From NCBI RefSeq assembly GCF_002113885.1, contig NW_018408136.1, positions 638,447 through 702,446 of the forward strand: a stretch of DNA of 64,000 nucleotides, written 5' to 3'. Below, piece by piece: positions 13,011 through 27,500 of this stretch. Origin of the DNA: Mizuhopecten yessoensis. Lineage: Eukaryota. Below the pieces are notes generated by a model, which saw only the letters and a program-made list of their open reading frames with translations, did not search any database and was not told the origin of the DNA. Each line of letters opens with the position of its first letter. Within the stretch, counting starts at the first letter, position 1. The position numbers and the translations under genes were made by a program.

Positions 13011-13169
13011 ACTACGAGAATAAGCTCAGAAACCATGAAAATGCGTTTGGACTTGCTTTTGAAAAATATGATTTTTTTCCCTAAGCTTTTTTAAAGAAAA
13101 CGAATCAGTGAGCGAGATTAAGCATAATCCATATTTTCAAAATAGTTTCATCTTTCAAACATGTACCGT

Positions 13170-13560
13170 AAATATCGATCAGGTATTTCCTCCTGAACAT
13201 GTCATCAAAGACATTATAGAATCTTCTACGTTAGCCGTCACCTCGATCTTTCTTTACAAGACAAGCAACACGGACAACATCCGTACAAGCTGAATGGCAT
13301 GCGTGATGATTTCGAGTTTTCAATCGTAAGGTTTCCCTTTGTTTGTCCTAACATACTTTTCCCCAAACCTACGATATTTATAAGTCGCAATTCAATATTC
13401 TCAGATAGATGTCGACTGCTGACGGACAAACTTACAATACATGGTTTCCATATATTCAGGTTGATGAATAACATACCCCGGTTCTTGCCTTGAGGTCGTT
13501 ACATTACTCGAATTTGACCTAGATTTACATGGCACCTGTCATCGATGAAGCAGAAGACGT
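13170..13560 (+). mobile_element. Decayed Penelope-like element RT fragment
   Basis: RDDFEFSIVRFPFVCPNI resembles the KRDDFxFxIVNFPxxxSNIP motif of Penelope-like reverse transcriptases. It is frameshifted. Confidence 0.6.
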
Positions 13561-16004
13561 TCGTTGTGCTTGTGATAGGTTTTCTTTAATTTTCATTTCG
13601 AGGATTGTGTTGCAAAGTAGTTTGGATACATTCTGGCAGGCTTTGCATGGAATACAAATGTACTTAAGTGTAAACTATTCAAGGTATTCAAAATAGGTAA
13701 ATTTGTTACGTTATTCTACTAAGGTTTCGGAACACTAATGACCAGTGTTCATAATCAACGAAATGGTAAATAAACGTTTCCTTTGTTTGGCCTGCTGCAT
13801 CCACAAACAACATTTAAAATATACTTTTCATTTCGTCGTACTTCTCGTGACTATATTGACCTGGTTGAGATCGATTTTGAGTTCAAATTAAGACTTTGTT
13901 GACACTTGTTTTTATCCCATTATACAAATCAACCGTTAACCAATATCCAAATGTCATCCGGCTATGAAAGGGTATTTATGAAAGTGATTCGTTGTTCGTT
14001 TGGCTGTTCTAGTATACATAAATATTTGTAAAATGCTTCAGTTTTACAACTCCCGTGAAAACTACCTTATTTGCTCCTCTTTCTTGGTAATAAAACAAAA
14101 ACCAAACAAGAAAACCAAATGTAAAAGTAGCATTTTCAAACAAATAAAATAAAAAGATCTAATAATTCTGTACATCAAATATTTAACTATGGACAGAATT
14201 TACCAGTATGGTAACATTTAAAATAATCTATTTCGGTAGCGTCTAATGTCAGTGAATCCTGGTTCAAAACATAATGAAAGGAGTGAATTACAGTTATGCT
14301 TAAAGCAAGGAGATAAGACCATGCGTTCGTGAAGGGTAGGCCTCCTCTGTTTCATCGATTGTACCTGCAATTTAGGTAAAACAATTGTCGTTATGTTCAA
14401 GCTAACAGAAGGACCTCTTCCGATGATTTATATACTTAGAACATATGAGCACCCGGGATTCATATTGTTTGAAGAAGTAACTTTGAGCGGAGATAAGTGC
14501 GCCATATATGACCGATAATATAAGTATTAATTGTTTATGTGTAATCGATGGTTTACCTTACTCGCATAATGTTTTACTGGATTTGTAAATCAGCGATTTA
14601 ACACTTTCATAAAAATCTGTTCCGTGGTTTTGCATTTTTTTATCCTCTATGTAATTCAAACAGCATAAGCACTGAAGTGGCATTCTTGTGACAAACATTA
14701 GATACAAAAATAGTATTCCGATAATTATATAATGGCTTTTTGAAAGAATGATATTTATTAAACTTGTATATATTATTTCATAAATATCAAAATTAACAAA
14801 CTGTACAGCAACTATACATTACATTTACGAATAAATACCGCTCAGGACATTCAAAATACCGCTCAGGACATTCAAAATAACAAAATAACTCATTGGCAGA
14901 TATGCGTCAAAGAAGGAAGCTTCAACGACAAGTAACAGGATATAAAAACAAAGCAACATAACAGTAATAACAGATATATTATATAAGAAGTTAACTTATC
15001 ACACATGACTAAAATACATAATTCTTATAAAACATTACATATACATACATGCTAAAGTAACAAAGGATACAAATTGACAGGATTGCTAGATAAACTGTGA
15101 CAATGTCATATGCTAGAAATCAAATTATAGTTATAACCAACTTGCTTTACAAGTTATGAGGTTGAAGTATGTTGCATGATATAACATTATTATGGCACAA
15201 AGAGTAACACACAACACATAAAACATATAGACCAAACATGTATCTACATTGTTTAAGATTGAATGGAGGTAAGTCGCTTTAAGTGCTGTAAATTTAAGCT
15301 CTTAGAAACCTGACGAGAAAGAAACAAACAGCTAACGACAGCAAAACCTGTATTTTACATTTACACCTATTGCGTCCCAGGTGTGCAACATCAAACAGAA
15401 CACTGTATAGTGTTTTTTGCACTTTTGACTGGCGTTCCAACACCAAGGCATCATCCAATCGTAAATATCTCTTTCCGTTGACCTCTGTTTTTTTGTATGT
15501 TGGCAGTCCTCTGGTGTCTGAAATCATAAGTCGAAAACTTTAATCTGATCAAGCCAGTTTACAATATCAAAAAAACCCATAATTGGCTATAAATGTTTTT
15601 GCGGTTTATAAATAATCCATTTTATTTCAACAATGATTTTAAAACTGAAAAGTAATCATCTTGATTAAAATTTAAGGTCCTTCCCTGCATCTTACTATTG
15701 TACTTGTGTTTGTAGCGTGTTTACAGTTGTGCCAGCCTAACGAACTCGAATTAAAATTTGATAATATTTATGATTTGAAAATAGTGAATTTGTCCTTGTA
15801 AAAGGAAATATAAACAAATTCTTTTCAAAACATAAGATTGTTTTGGGCCTTTCAAAAATATATATGAAATACAATTTCCAAATTTAAGGTCACTGAATAC
15901 ATCTGCATTATTGTACATTTGTACAAACTACTGCATCTGAACAATTTAATTTGAAAATACAATAAATAGCAAGTCCGACTATACCCTAACGTGAATCCTT
16001 TCTC

Positions 16005-19000
16005 ATGGCTCCCAAGCTATTCAAAAACACCTTCCTCATAAAAAAAACCCCTCAAAAACTTGGCCCATGTAGGGCACATATGCGTGTGCAGCGATCTCGC
16101 TCACTTTCCTCGGTATCTCGATCCCAACAGAGGTCAGAGACTACATCACCAGACAATAGACCAAAGAAAGAACTTAGAATACCCTGGGGCAAATCTGCTG
16201 GGTCCGATCTGAATGTCACCTATGGCAAAAGATCGGAGGACACGACAAACATATGTAATGTCCTACTGGATCTCGATGACGAGATGGAGACGAATACCCC
16301 AAAATTCGCGCTTCAACTCCATCGAAATCCAGTCTAAATAGAACGAAATGAACAATATAATTATCCAATGGAACATCCGCGGATTAAAGGCAAATACAAA
16401 TGTATAGAAGAATTTCAGCATCTATCAAAAGAGTTTAACCCCGCCATGTTTTGTCTACAAGAAATTATGCTTAAAACCCGATCACCTTTAGGAATTTCAC
16501 ACTCTACAGTAACATTTTAACTGAAGATAGCAGAGCAGCAGGTGATGCAGCTGTAGCTGTCCGTAAGAATATTCCTCGCCGAAAGATAAAGTTAAACACA
16601 AATTTACAAGCTGTTGTTGTCTGTGCAGCATTCCACAGACAAATAACCGTTTGTTCAATTATCTTCTTCCGAGTATTGTTTTCACCTGTGAGAAACTCAA
16701 TAACATCGTCTCCCAACTTCCAACACCATTCATAATCATCGGTGATTTTAATGGTCATAATAACCTGTGCGGATCTCCGAACACAGACAAGAAAGGAAGA
16801 CGTATTGAGGAATTTATAGATAAAAACAACTTGTGCCTTTTTAACAATACTCCTACTTATTTACACCCTGCTACAGGCTCTCGTACCCACATTGATCTGT
16901 CATTATGCCATCCTTCCATTCTACTTGATTAAGACTTGAAGGTAAATAACGATCTATGTGGGAGTGACCACTTTCCCATTTTTCTTCAGAATATTGGAAC
17001 TCCTCGTGATGATCCTCCCAACACCGTTCATAATCATCGGTGATTTTAATGGTCATAATAGCATGTGGGGATCTCCAAACACAGACAAGAAAGGAACATG
17101 TATTGAGGAATTTAAAGATAGAAACAACTTGTGCCTTTTTAACAATACTTCTACTTATTTACACCCTGCTACAGGCTCTCGTACCCACATTGATCTGTCA
17201 TTATGCTATCCTTCCATTCTACTTGATTAAGACTTGAAGGTAAATAACGATCTATGTGGGAGTGACTACTTTCCCATTTTTCTTAAGAATATTGGAACTC
17301 CTCTTGATGATCCTCTACATCGATGGAATGTGAACAAAGCAGATTGGGTCCAATTCCAACACATGTGCAACGAGAAGCTTACCACAAATAACTTTACTAA
17401 CCTCGACGACCCAAGCTAAACGTTTACTGAAACATTCACTTTTATTGCCCAAAAGACGATTCCAAAATCCGCTCCAAAACCTACGATGTTCCTTTTATCA
17501 GAAGAATCTTTTAAAACATGCAGTTATCGGGCAGCTTCTCTAAGACGCTATGATTTGCCCACTGCTTCAAACTACAGTGATTTTCAAATTTGGCCGGTAA
17601 AGACTCGGCGATCAATTAAAATTGACAAAAGATACAGCTGGATAGAATATGTATCCAAGGTATCAACAAATACCTCCTCCAACAAATTACGAGATATGAT
17701 TCGATAAACAACCGGGAAAAAGAAAAAGTCTACATCCTCCCACCATTAATAAAAACTGAATTGTTTCGTCTAAATCCGAAATTGTTGATGCATTTGCAAA
17801 AAAACATAGCTAAAAACTCATCCCCTTTAAACCACTCCCCAACATTCCTGTCTTTAAAGAAAATAAAAAGAAAAGAAACGGCTAAATTTCAAATCATCAA
17901 ATAAAGAAAGTTACAATGAACCATTTACCAGAATTTGTTGATTCGCTTGGAAAATCACAGGACTCTGCTTCAGGTCCAGATTATGTTCCATATTAATTTT
18001 TCAAACACCTACCGGACTCGTCAATAAGATGCTTTCTTAACATATTTAACCAAGTTTACGCTTCCGGAAAGGTTCAAGATTCGTGGAAGAACTCCACAAT
18101 TATACCTTTATCAAAGCTGGGAAAGGATGCTACTGATCCAAACAACTATCGTCCTATTTCTCTGACTAGTTGTGTATGTAAAACTTTAGAACGAATGATT
18201 ACCACAAGACTGGTTTGATTTCTTGAGACCAACGATATAATATCCTCTATTCAAAGTGGTTTTAGAAACAGAAGAGGGACAAAGAGAGGCTTTCGCCAAG
18301 AAGGAACACCTTGTTGCCGTGTTCTTTGATCTTGAGAAGGCCTATGATACTACATGGCAGTATGGCATCATGAAAGATCTTCACGACGTTGGTGTACGTG
18401 GAAACCTCCCCTCTTTTATAAATAATTATCTATCAGATAGACAATTCAAAGTTCGTGTTGGTTCAACTTTTTCTGAAACGTCTAAACAGGAAAAAGGAGT
18501 CCCACAGAGTGGAATCCTATCAGTTACCCTGTTTGGTCTTATATCAATGATATAGTCAAATGTCTTGGTCAGTCAACAGAAGGGTCGTTATTTGTGGATG
18601 ACCTCTTGATCTGTAACAGATCTAAGAACATGCACAAATTCAACAGATTTTAAACAAATTACAAATTTGGGCGGACGAAAACGGATTCGAATTCTCTAAA
18701 ACCAAAACTGTGTGCATGCATTTCTGTCAGAAATTAAAAGCAAACAATGACCCAAATCTTACACTTGATGGCATTAAAATTCCTTGTTGAACAAACCTAA
18801 TTCGTCGGCCTCATTTTTGATCCGAAACTCTCTTTCATACGACATCTAAAGTATCTGAAAGATAAGTGTTCCAAGGCGCTAAACATTATACGAGTCCTTT
18901 CTCATACTGATTGCGGAGCGGACCGTGGAATGCTTTTGCGCCTATACAGATCACTTATTCGAACAAATCTCGATTTGGTTCTATGGTACACTTTTTACCT

Positions 19001-19588
19001 GCATATGCTAGACCAAAACAATAATCAAGGGCTACGTCAGCCCTTGTATATTTTCGAACAACACATGTAAAAAGTCTTTACGTGGAAACTAAGGAACCAT
19101 CCTTTTATGTCATTACAGTTTGCAGCTCAATTAAAATCAAACCCTAAAAATCCTGCTTTCGACCAAGTGTTCAAAATGCCAAAACATATTTATGCAAAAC
19201 CCAAAACTTCTGCCAACATTTGGTTTCCGATCCTGCAAGAACTCAACATAAAATTGACTGACATAGCTGAATGTAATATATCTGATGTTCCTCTATGGAC
19301 CCCCCCCCCCCCCCCCCCCTGATTTAAACTTTACGTTACATTACGAGGGAAATCCAGTGTAATGCCCGAAGAACACATGATGACCTCCTTTCGGTAATGC
19401 ATTTTGAAGTTCCCTTCTCATACACAACTTTACACCGATGGTTCCAAAGAAGGTGAAAAAGTGGCAGCAGCCTGCTGTTCCGCTAATTCTTGCACTTCAG
19501 TTCGACTACCAGACGGTGCCTCCACCTTTTCTGCTGAAGCATGCGCCATTGGTTTGGCCCTTATCCATATCGATGAACACTGCATTAA
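16005..19588 (+). mobile_element. I/Nimb-clade LINE, 5' part (possible ORF1 end, APE, RT, start of RNase H), pseudogenised
   Basis: ORF2 starts MNNIIIQWNIRGL at 16348. Motifs GDFNGH, GSDHFPI, NYRPISLTS, FFDLEKAYD, GVPQ, LFVDD and YTDGSK are present, with many stops and frameshifts. Confidence 0.9.
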
Positions 19589-22500
19589 CCTTTCAAGACT
19601 CCTTACTAAGCATAATTTATCTAGCCTTATTGATAAACCTACACGTATGACTCAGGAGAGCGCCACTTCTATTGATGTTATCTTTACAACAACCGAAACA
19701 TAATTATAAATACTTATACACCACCACCCTTCTGTAGTGATCATTCCTCTGTGCATGCATCAATTTTATTTGGTGTATTCAAACAAGTAAGTCATAAGAA
19801 AAATATTTTAAAATATGAAGAAGGTGATTTTGAAAGTATGAATAACACTCTTCTTGATGTTGACTGGGTGAATCTATCTTCAAACCAGAACTCTAATACA
19901 TTTAACAGTACCATAACTGATCTATTCATGGATCAGGCAAATGACTTCATTCCTGTTAAAGTAATAACAGTACGTCCTAATGATAAACCATGGATGAACA
20001 ACAACATAAGATTAAAGATGAGACAACGCAATAGAATTCACAGAAAGGCATAATTAACAAATAGTACATATTTCGGATTCACAGGAATGAAGCCATTGAC
20101 CTGATCCGTGAAGCTAAGTCAACATATATCAAAACCCTAGAACACTCTTTAAACGACAATAAGATTCCCCCAGATAAATGGTGGAAAATTGCTAAATCTA
20201 TCTCTAACTTCACCAATAAATCGTCTCCAATTCCTCCTCTTGTAATTAATAACCAAGCCGTTCACTATCCTTTTGATCAAGCTGAGGTCCTCAATAATCA
20301 CTTCATTAATATCTCCACATCCTCACCTGATCTCCAACTACCTCAGACAGCACAACCAGCAAATCCTTATTCACTATCTAATATTAATATTACTGAACAA
20401 TATGTTGCTGACTAAATTAATATTCTTAATATAAATAAGCCCCCAGGACCTGATGGAATTGTTCTCAAAAGTATTAAAAGAATTAATTCCTCTCTTAAAT
20501 TACCCCTCATGATCTTATTTAATAAAACATTAGAAACAGGAGTGATTCCAAATAGCTGGAAACAGGCAAATATAATGCAGTTTATAAGGGTAATGGATCA
20601 TCTAATGATGTTTTAAACTACAGACCTACTTCAGTAACTTCATGCTTTAGTAAAATAATGGAAAAAATTGTATTTAAATATCTTTATACATTGTAACTAC
20701 CTGTTGGAGAATTCTATAAGCACCAATCTGGATTTACACCTGTTGATTCAACAGTTAATCAACTCTTGTTTATATATAATGAAATTTTTAGTAATATGGA
20801 CCAGGGTAAGGAACTTAGATTTATTTTCTGTTATATTAGCAAAGCATTTGATAGGGTTCGGCATAAAGGTCTAATTCATAAACTGAGGACTTATGGTATT
20901 GATGGAAATTTGCTACTCTGGTTTGAAAATTATTTAACAGACAGAATGCAAACAATTAGCACTGAAGGATATCACTCTCAGTTTAGGACTACAAATGCAG
21001 GGGTACCTCAGGGATCTATTCTGGGACCACTCCTGTTTCGTCTTTATATTAATGATATTCATGACAATGTTTCTACTAATATTAAACTTTTTGCAGATGA
21101 CACTTCTATGTTTGTAATCATAGACAAAAATCCAGTTCAGGCAGCCCAGGATCTCTCGAATGACCTTGTAAACATTAGTGAGTATATATATGGGATATCA
21201 ATTTTAACCCAAATAAAACAAAGTCAGTTGTATTTTCTAGAAAACATAACCACGAACAACCCCTATATCCTTTCAAAACAATCAAATCACTGCTTCAAAA
21301 ACACATAAACATTTAGGACTAACTTTTACAGACGATGCATCATGGAAACAGCACATACAGATTATATATGAAAAAGCATACAACAGATTAAATATTCTTC
21401 GTTATATCAAATCTAAGATAGGTCGTAAATCATTAATTAAAATATATATTGCATTTTTTAGACCAATTTTGGAGGATGCAGACATTGTATGGGATAATTG
21501 CACCTTACAATCTATTGAATTACTTGAATCTGTACAACTAGAAGCAGCTAGGATTATAACTAGTCTTTGTTCAGGGACATCACACAATAAACTCTATAAT
21601 GAACTTGGTTGGGAAACACTGTCTGCAAGAAGGTGTACACATAAACAAATAATGATGTATAAGATAATGCATGGACTCTCACCACAATCCTTGCAAAATG
21701 TCACAAATCCTTTTATTAACAATCATAATAGCAATCCCTACTCTCTTAGACAAACCAGACTCTTTTGACAGTTTTTCTCCCTTTATGTGCCGCAATGTCA
21801 ACACTATGGATACTGATATATATTGAACTCCCTATCTCTTGCTCTGTTTAAAAAATTACAAAATAAAGATAAAGTTAAAGACAGAGAAGTAACTTCAATT
21901 TTTAAAAACGACGGTGAAAGAAGGGTAAATATTATTCTTTGCCAATTAAAAAATACCTGTAGTAATTAAAATTCTGATTTATATCGTGACCATCTAATAG
22001 ATAGTCCAACTTGTGCTTGTTCTTTTGAATACAAAAGAGCCTCTCATTATTTCTTCAATTGTCCACTGTATATCGAACAACGAAATACTTTGTTTACTTC
22101 TTTGAATAATATTAGTAATCATAACCATATGGATTTAAATATATTTTTTCAAGGTTGTCCTACATGTGATCTGAATATAAACTGACAGATGCTAAGTCAT
22201 ATTCAGATTTTTATTGGAAAACTAGACGTTTTAATTTTTATATGACGTAGAAAGCCATGATGCATTATCTGAATTGTTAATGGAATAACAAAGTATATGT
22301 ATACACTGTTTGATGCATAATGATAAATGAGATTACAGTTGAGTAGGTTTGTTATATCTTGTTTATTTTCTGTTCAATATAATAAACATAATAATGTATT
22401 GCCCTTTTGTCACATTATTTAAATTTGTACTTTTTACTCATAAACAGTATTAGTAGCAATGAGCTGTGCACATACATGCACATTGACTTTTGGTCAAAGT

Positions 22501-22857
22501 CTATTCTTACTGTACATATGACATACTGACTGTGACTATGCTTTATTTAATAAGAAAAATAATTGTATGTGTGATGGATGTATGATTGTGAGTTGTTTGT
22601 GTATTGTTATTGGGATGTCCTATGATGAGTTTATCTTCTTTGTGTTTGTCATGATGGCGTTATCTCCCCTTATCCTTTAGTTAGTATTATATATTTTTTC
22701 ATTTCAAAGTATCCTTAAATTAATTAATCACTATTGTTGTAACTACATTGTATATATGATCAAATTTTGAGCCACTCATGGAAAGAATTTATATAGGCTT
22801 GCCTGTTATTCAATCTATTTGACTATTACATCTGTCAATAAAATTTGTTGAAATGAA
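19589..22857 (+). mobile_element. 5'-truncated CR1-group LINE nested in the RNase H region of the I/Nimb element
   Basis: It has the APE end, RT motifs (DISKAFD-like, GVPQGSILGP, LFADD) and an AATAAA+(GAAAT)n tail. It is flanked by the direct repeat ATGAACACTGCATTAA at 19573-19588 and 22858-22873. Confidence 0.92.
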
Positions 22858-22873
22858 ATGAACACTGCATTAA

Positions 22874-23721
22874 AAAGGCAATCATTTTTTCAGACTCTTT
22901 ATCTGTCCTACACAGTTTATAGTTACGAGACACTAAAAACACACTTTTACAAAACCTCACTTTTCGCATATCTCGTATGTTAAAGAAATCTACTTAACTA
23001 TGTGTTCCGAGCCATGTCGGAATTAAAGGCAACGAATTTGTTGACAGAGAAGCAAAACATGCGTTAAATCTCCATCAAACAAATATCAAACTACCATATA
23101 CAGATTTTAAACCTATTATTCGTACAGCCATTTAAAATGAATGGCAGCAACGCTGGTCTCTCGAAACCAGCAACAAATGTTTTAAAGTACAACCGAAACT
23201 TAAAACATCTGTTCCCAGTCGGAAAGATCGTAGAGAGGAAGTTGTCCTTTCTCGGCGTCGTACTTGGCACACATATCCTTCTCATTCGTACCTTTTAAAA
23301 CGAGAAGATCAATCTCCATGCCATGCATGTGACACTCCATTTACAGTGGAACATTTTGTATAGAATGTTCTGATTTTAAACACATTCGTGATACTTACTT
23401 TCGAGTCGCGGATATGAAAACTCTTTTGAGTTCCGTGGAATCGAAGGTATTATTTAACTATTGACTCTGATGTCTTTTAACCCACCTTTACCTCTATGAC
23501 GTTATATATATCACATAGTCCATATCACCTATTCGTTATCTGTTTTATAATTGTAACCCTCTTTTTCTCTTAATTACCTACACATACAATGCAAATATTT
23601 TTAAAATATTCTTTTTATCTGATTTTATCTTCGCTACTCACAAGATAAAATAAATAGATAAATCACCTTGGCCCTAAATGACCACAGCTGTCGATGGGCC
23701 GTTAAACACAAACAAACAAAC
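22874..23721 (+). mobile_element. I/Nimb-clade LINE, 3' part (RNase H, CCHC finger, 3' stem-loop and (AAAC)n tail)
   Basis: Motifs IIFSDSLS, VPSHVGIKGNE and CHAC...TVEH are present. It ends GGCCCTAAATGACCACAGCTGTCGATGGGCCGTTAAAC(AAAC)n. Confidence 0.9.
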
Positions 23722-23859
23722 CCAAGCTTTTCATATGCAGCCTTCTCTGTTCGTAGTCGGGTCGTAGATCAAAGGAAGGGGGTATCTCCCGGGGGACCCA
23801 ACGCCTTTGCGTATTAGGTATTTATTGATGTTCTGTGTAGATATGAAGTATGTGAGGTT

Positions 23860-23940
23860 AGGGTGGACGCAGGGGAGGGCGTCCTTAAATGACCATAGCT
23901 GTTGATAGGACGTTGAACAACAATAAACCAAACCAAACCA
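23860..23940 (+). mobile_element. SINE 3' end with Nimb-like tail
   Basis: The sequence GTCCTTAAATGACCATAGCTGTTGATAGGACGTT(AAACC)n matches the tails at 39361, 56920 and 59044. Confidence 0.7.
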
Positions 23941-23959
23941 ATTATCAGCGTATAGATGG

Positions 23960-24341
23960 AGTTTCAGTTTCACTTCCGGGTAGAGTTAACCGTTGATAAA
24001 ATGTAATCTCTAAACCCGAAATATTTAAATCACAACTACCCATTATATCTTGAACAATGATATCGTTAAAATGACGTAAACAACTTATCAATGTTTAGAT
24101 CAGAGGTCATAGTGCTTAGCCGCCTACGCGAATGCCAAACACAACTACACGATAGTTATTGACGCCCCTTAAGTAGCAAGCGTCACACTATCTGGGTTTT
24201 CCCAACATTATTTACACATACAACGTTTTTGAACAAGTGTCATTGGACAGAATTCAGTCCCTGATTACACGGTCGTATAGTTGACTGATCCAGAAATCGG
24301 TAAGACAAGTTAAAACTCACAACGAATTCAAACAGGTAAGA
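23960..24341 (+). promoter_or_regulatory. Candidate promoter and non-coding first exon of paralog 2 with ISRE, ETS, CRE-like and kB-like sites
   Basis: Motifs: AGTTTCAGTTTCAC 23960-23973 (ISRE consensus), ACTTCCGG 23972-23979, TGACGTAA 24072-24079, GGGTTTTCCC 24194-24203, Inr-like TCAGTC at 24254, and GTAAGA donors at 24300 and 24336. This is a motif match only. Confidence 0.4.
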
Positions 24342-24559
24342 AATTCATTTGATGTAGTTAAAGGAACAATACATTCATATTGTGAAGTCTTAAACATTAC
24401 ATTATATACACTTCTTCCTCGACAAAACCTCATCTCTGCGATTTTATCAACAATGTGTTGTGCCTTAATATCACCAGTTTTACAATTTGTGTTGACCCTA
24501 AATTTCACAAGTCAGTTTATGGTGTAATGCCCTTGTTTATGATATGAGTGTCAGCATGT

Positions 24560-27500
24560 ATTGTCATTATAAATATCACTAGTTTGTCAATAATAAGTGT
24601 CCATAGATATCACCAGCTTGTCAATAATAAGTGTCCATATATATCACAAGTTTGTCAATAATATGTTGTCAATATATATTACCAGCTTGTCAATAATGTG
24701 TTATCAATATATATCACCAGTTTGTCAATAATGTGATGTCAATAGATATCACCAGCTTGTCAATAATAAGTGTCAATAGATATCACCAGTTTGTCTATAA
24801 TGTGTTGTCAATATATATCATCAGTTTGTCAATAATGTGTTGTCAATATATATCACCAGTTTGTCAATAATGTGTTGTCAAAAGATAACACCAGTTTTTC
24901 AATAATAAGTGTCCATAGATATCACCAGTTTGTCAATAATGTGTTGTCCATATATATTATCAGCTTGTCAATAATGTGTTGTCAATATATATCACCAGTT
25001 TGTCAATATTGTGTTGTCAATATATATCACCAGCTTGTCAATAATGTGTTGTCCATAGATATCACCAGTTTGTCAATAATGTGTTGTCCATAGATATCAC
25101 CAGTTTGTCAATAATGTGTTGTCAATATATATCACCAGTTTGTCAATATTGTGTTGTCAATATATATCACCAGTTTGTCAATAACGTGTTGGCCATAGAT
25201 ATCACCAGCATGTCAATAATGTGTTGGCCATATATATCACCAGCTTGTCAATAACGTGTTGTCCATAGATATCACAAGTTTGTCAATAATGTGTTGTCTA
25301 TATATATCATCAGCTTGTCAATAATGAGTGTCCATATATATCACCAGTTTGTCAATAATGAGTTTTCCATTAATATCACAAGTTTGTCAATAATGTGTTG
25401 TTAATAGATATCAACAGTTTGTCAATAATGTGTTGTCCATAGATATCACCAGTTTGTCAATAATGTGTTTTCAATAGATATCACCAGTTTGTCAATAATG
25501 TGTTGTCAATATATATCACCAGTTTGTCAATAATAATTTGTTTACAATAGATATCACCAGTTTCTCAATATTAAGTGTCCATTGATATCATCAGCTTGAC
25601 AATAATAACTGTCCATATATATTTCCAGTTTGTCAGTAATATGTTGTCCATAGATATCACCAGTTTGTCAATAATGTGTTGTCCATATATATCACCAGCT
25701 TGTCAATAATGTGTTGTCAATAGATATCACCAGTTTGTCAATAATGTGTTGTCAATAGATATCACCAGTTTGTCAATAATAATGTTTTAACAATAGATAT
25801 CACCAGCTTCTCAATATTAAGTGTCCATTGATATCATCAGCTTGTCAATAATAAATGTCCATATATATTTCCAGTTTGTCAGTAATATGTTGTCCATAGA
25901 TATCACCAGTTTGTCAATAATGTGTTGTCCATAGATATCACCAGCTTGTCAATAATGTGTTGTCAATAGATATCACCAGTTTGTCAATAATGTGTTGTCA
26001 ATATATATCACCAGTTTCTCAATATTAAGTGTCCATTGATATCATCAGCTTGTCAATAATAACTGTCCATATATATTTCCAGTTTGTCAGTAATATGTTG
26101 TCCATAGATATCACCAGTTTGTCAATAATGTGTTGTCCATAGATATCACCAGCTTGTCAATAACGTGTTGTCAATAGATATCACCAGTTTGTCAATAATG
26201 TGTTGTCAATATATATCACCAGTTTCTCAATATTAAGTGTCCATTGATATCATCAGCTTGTCAATAATAACTGTCCATATATATTTCCAGTTTGTCAGTA
26301 ATATGTTGTCAATAGATATCACCAGTTTGTCAATAAGAAACGTCCATAGATATCACCAGCTTGTCAATAACGTGTTGTCCATAGATATCACCAGCATGTC
26401 AATAACGTGTTGTCCATAGATATCACAAGTTTGTCAATAATGTGTTGTCTATATATATCATCAGCTTGTCAATAATGAGTGTCCATATATATCACCAGTT
26501 TGTCAATAATGAGTTTTCCATTAATATCACAAGTTTGTCAATAATGTGTTGTTAATAGATATCACCAGTTTGTCAATAATGTGTTGTCCATAGATATCAC
26601 CAGTTTGTCAATAATGTGTTTTCAATAGATATCACCAGTTTGTCAATAATGTGTTGTCAATATATATCACCAGTTTGTCAATAATAATGTGTTTACAATA
26701 GATATCACCAGTTTCTCAATATTAAGTGTCCATTGATATCATCAGCTTGACAATAATAACTGTCCATATATATTTCCAGTTTGTCAGTAATATGTTGTCC
26801 ATAGATATCACCAGTTTGTCAATAATGTGTTGTCCATATATATCACCAGCTTGTCAATAATGTGTTGTCAATAGATATCACCAGTTTGTCAATAATAATG
26901 TGCTAACAATAGATATCACCAGTTTCTCAATATTAAGTGTCCATTGATATCATCAGCTTGTCAATAATAACTGTCCATATATATTTCCAGTTTGTCAGTA
27001 ATATGTTGTCCATAGATATCACCAGTTTGTCAATAATGTGTTGTCCATAGATATCACCAGCTTGTCAATAATGTGTTGTCAATAGATATCACCAGTTTGT
27101 CAATAATGTGTTGTCAATATATATCACCAGTTTGTCAATAATAATGTGTTTACAATAGATATCACCAGTTTCTCAATATTAAGTGTCCATTGATATCATC
27201 AGCTTGTCAATAATAACTGTCCATATATATTTCCAGTTTGTCAGTAATATGTTGTCCATAGATATCACCAGTTTGTCAATAATGTGTTGTCCATAGATAT
27301 CACCAGCTTGTCAATAATGTGTTGTCAATAGATATCACCAGTTTGTCAATAATGTGTTGTCAATATATATCACCAGTTTGTCAATAATAATGTGTTTACA
27401 ATAGATATCACCAGTTTCTCAATATTAAGTGTCCATTGATATCATCAGCTTGACAATAATAACTGTCCATATATATTTCCAGTTTGTCAGTAATATGTTG

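Noticed and set aside
14100-15530. Possible old retroelement remnant on the minus strand
   Set aside because: No diagnostic motif could be recognised with confidence.
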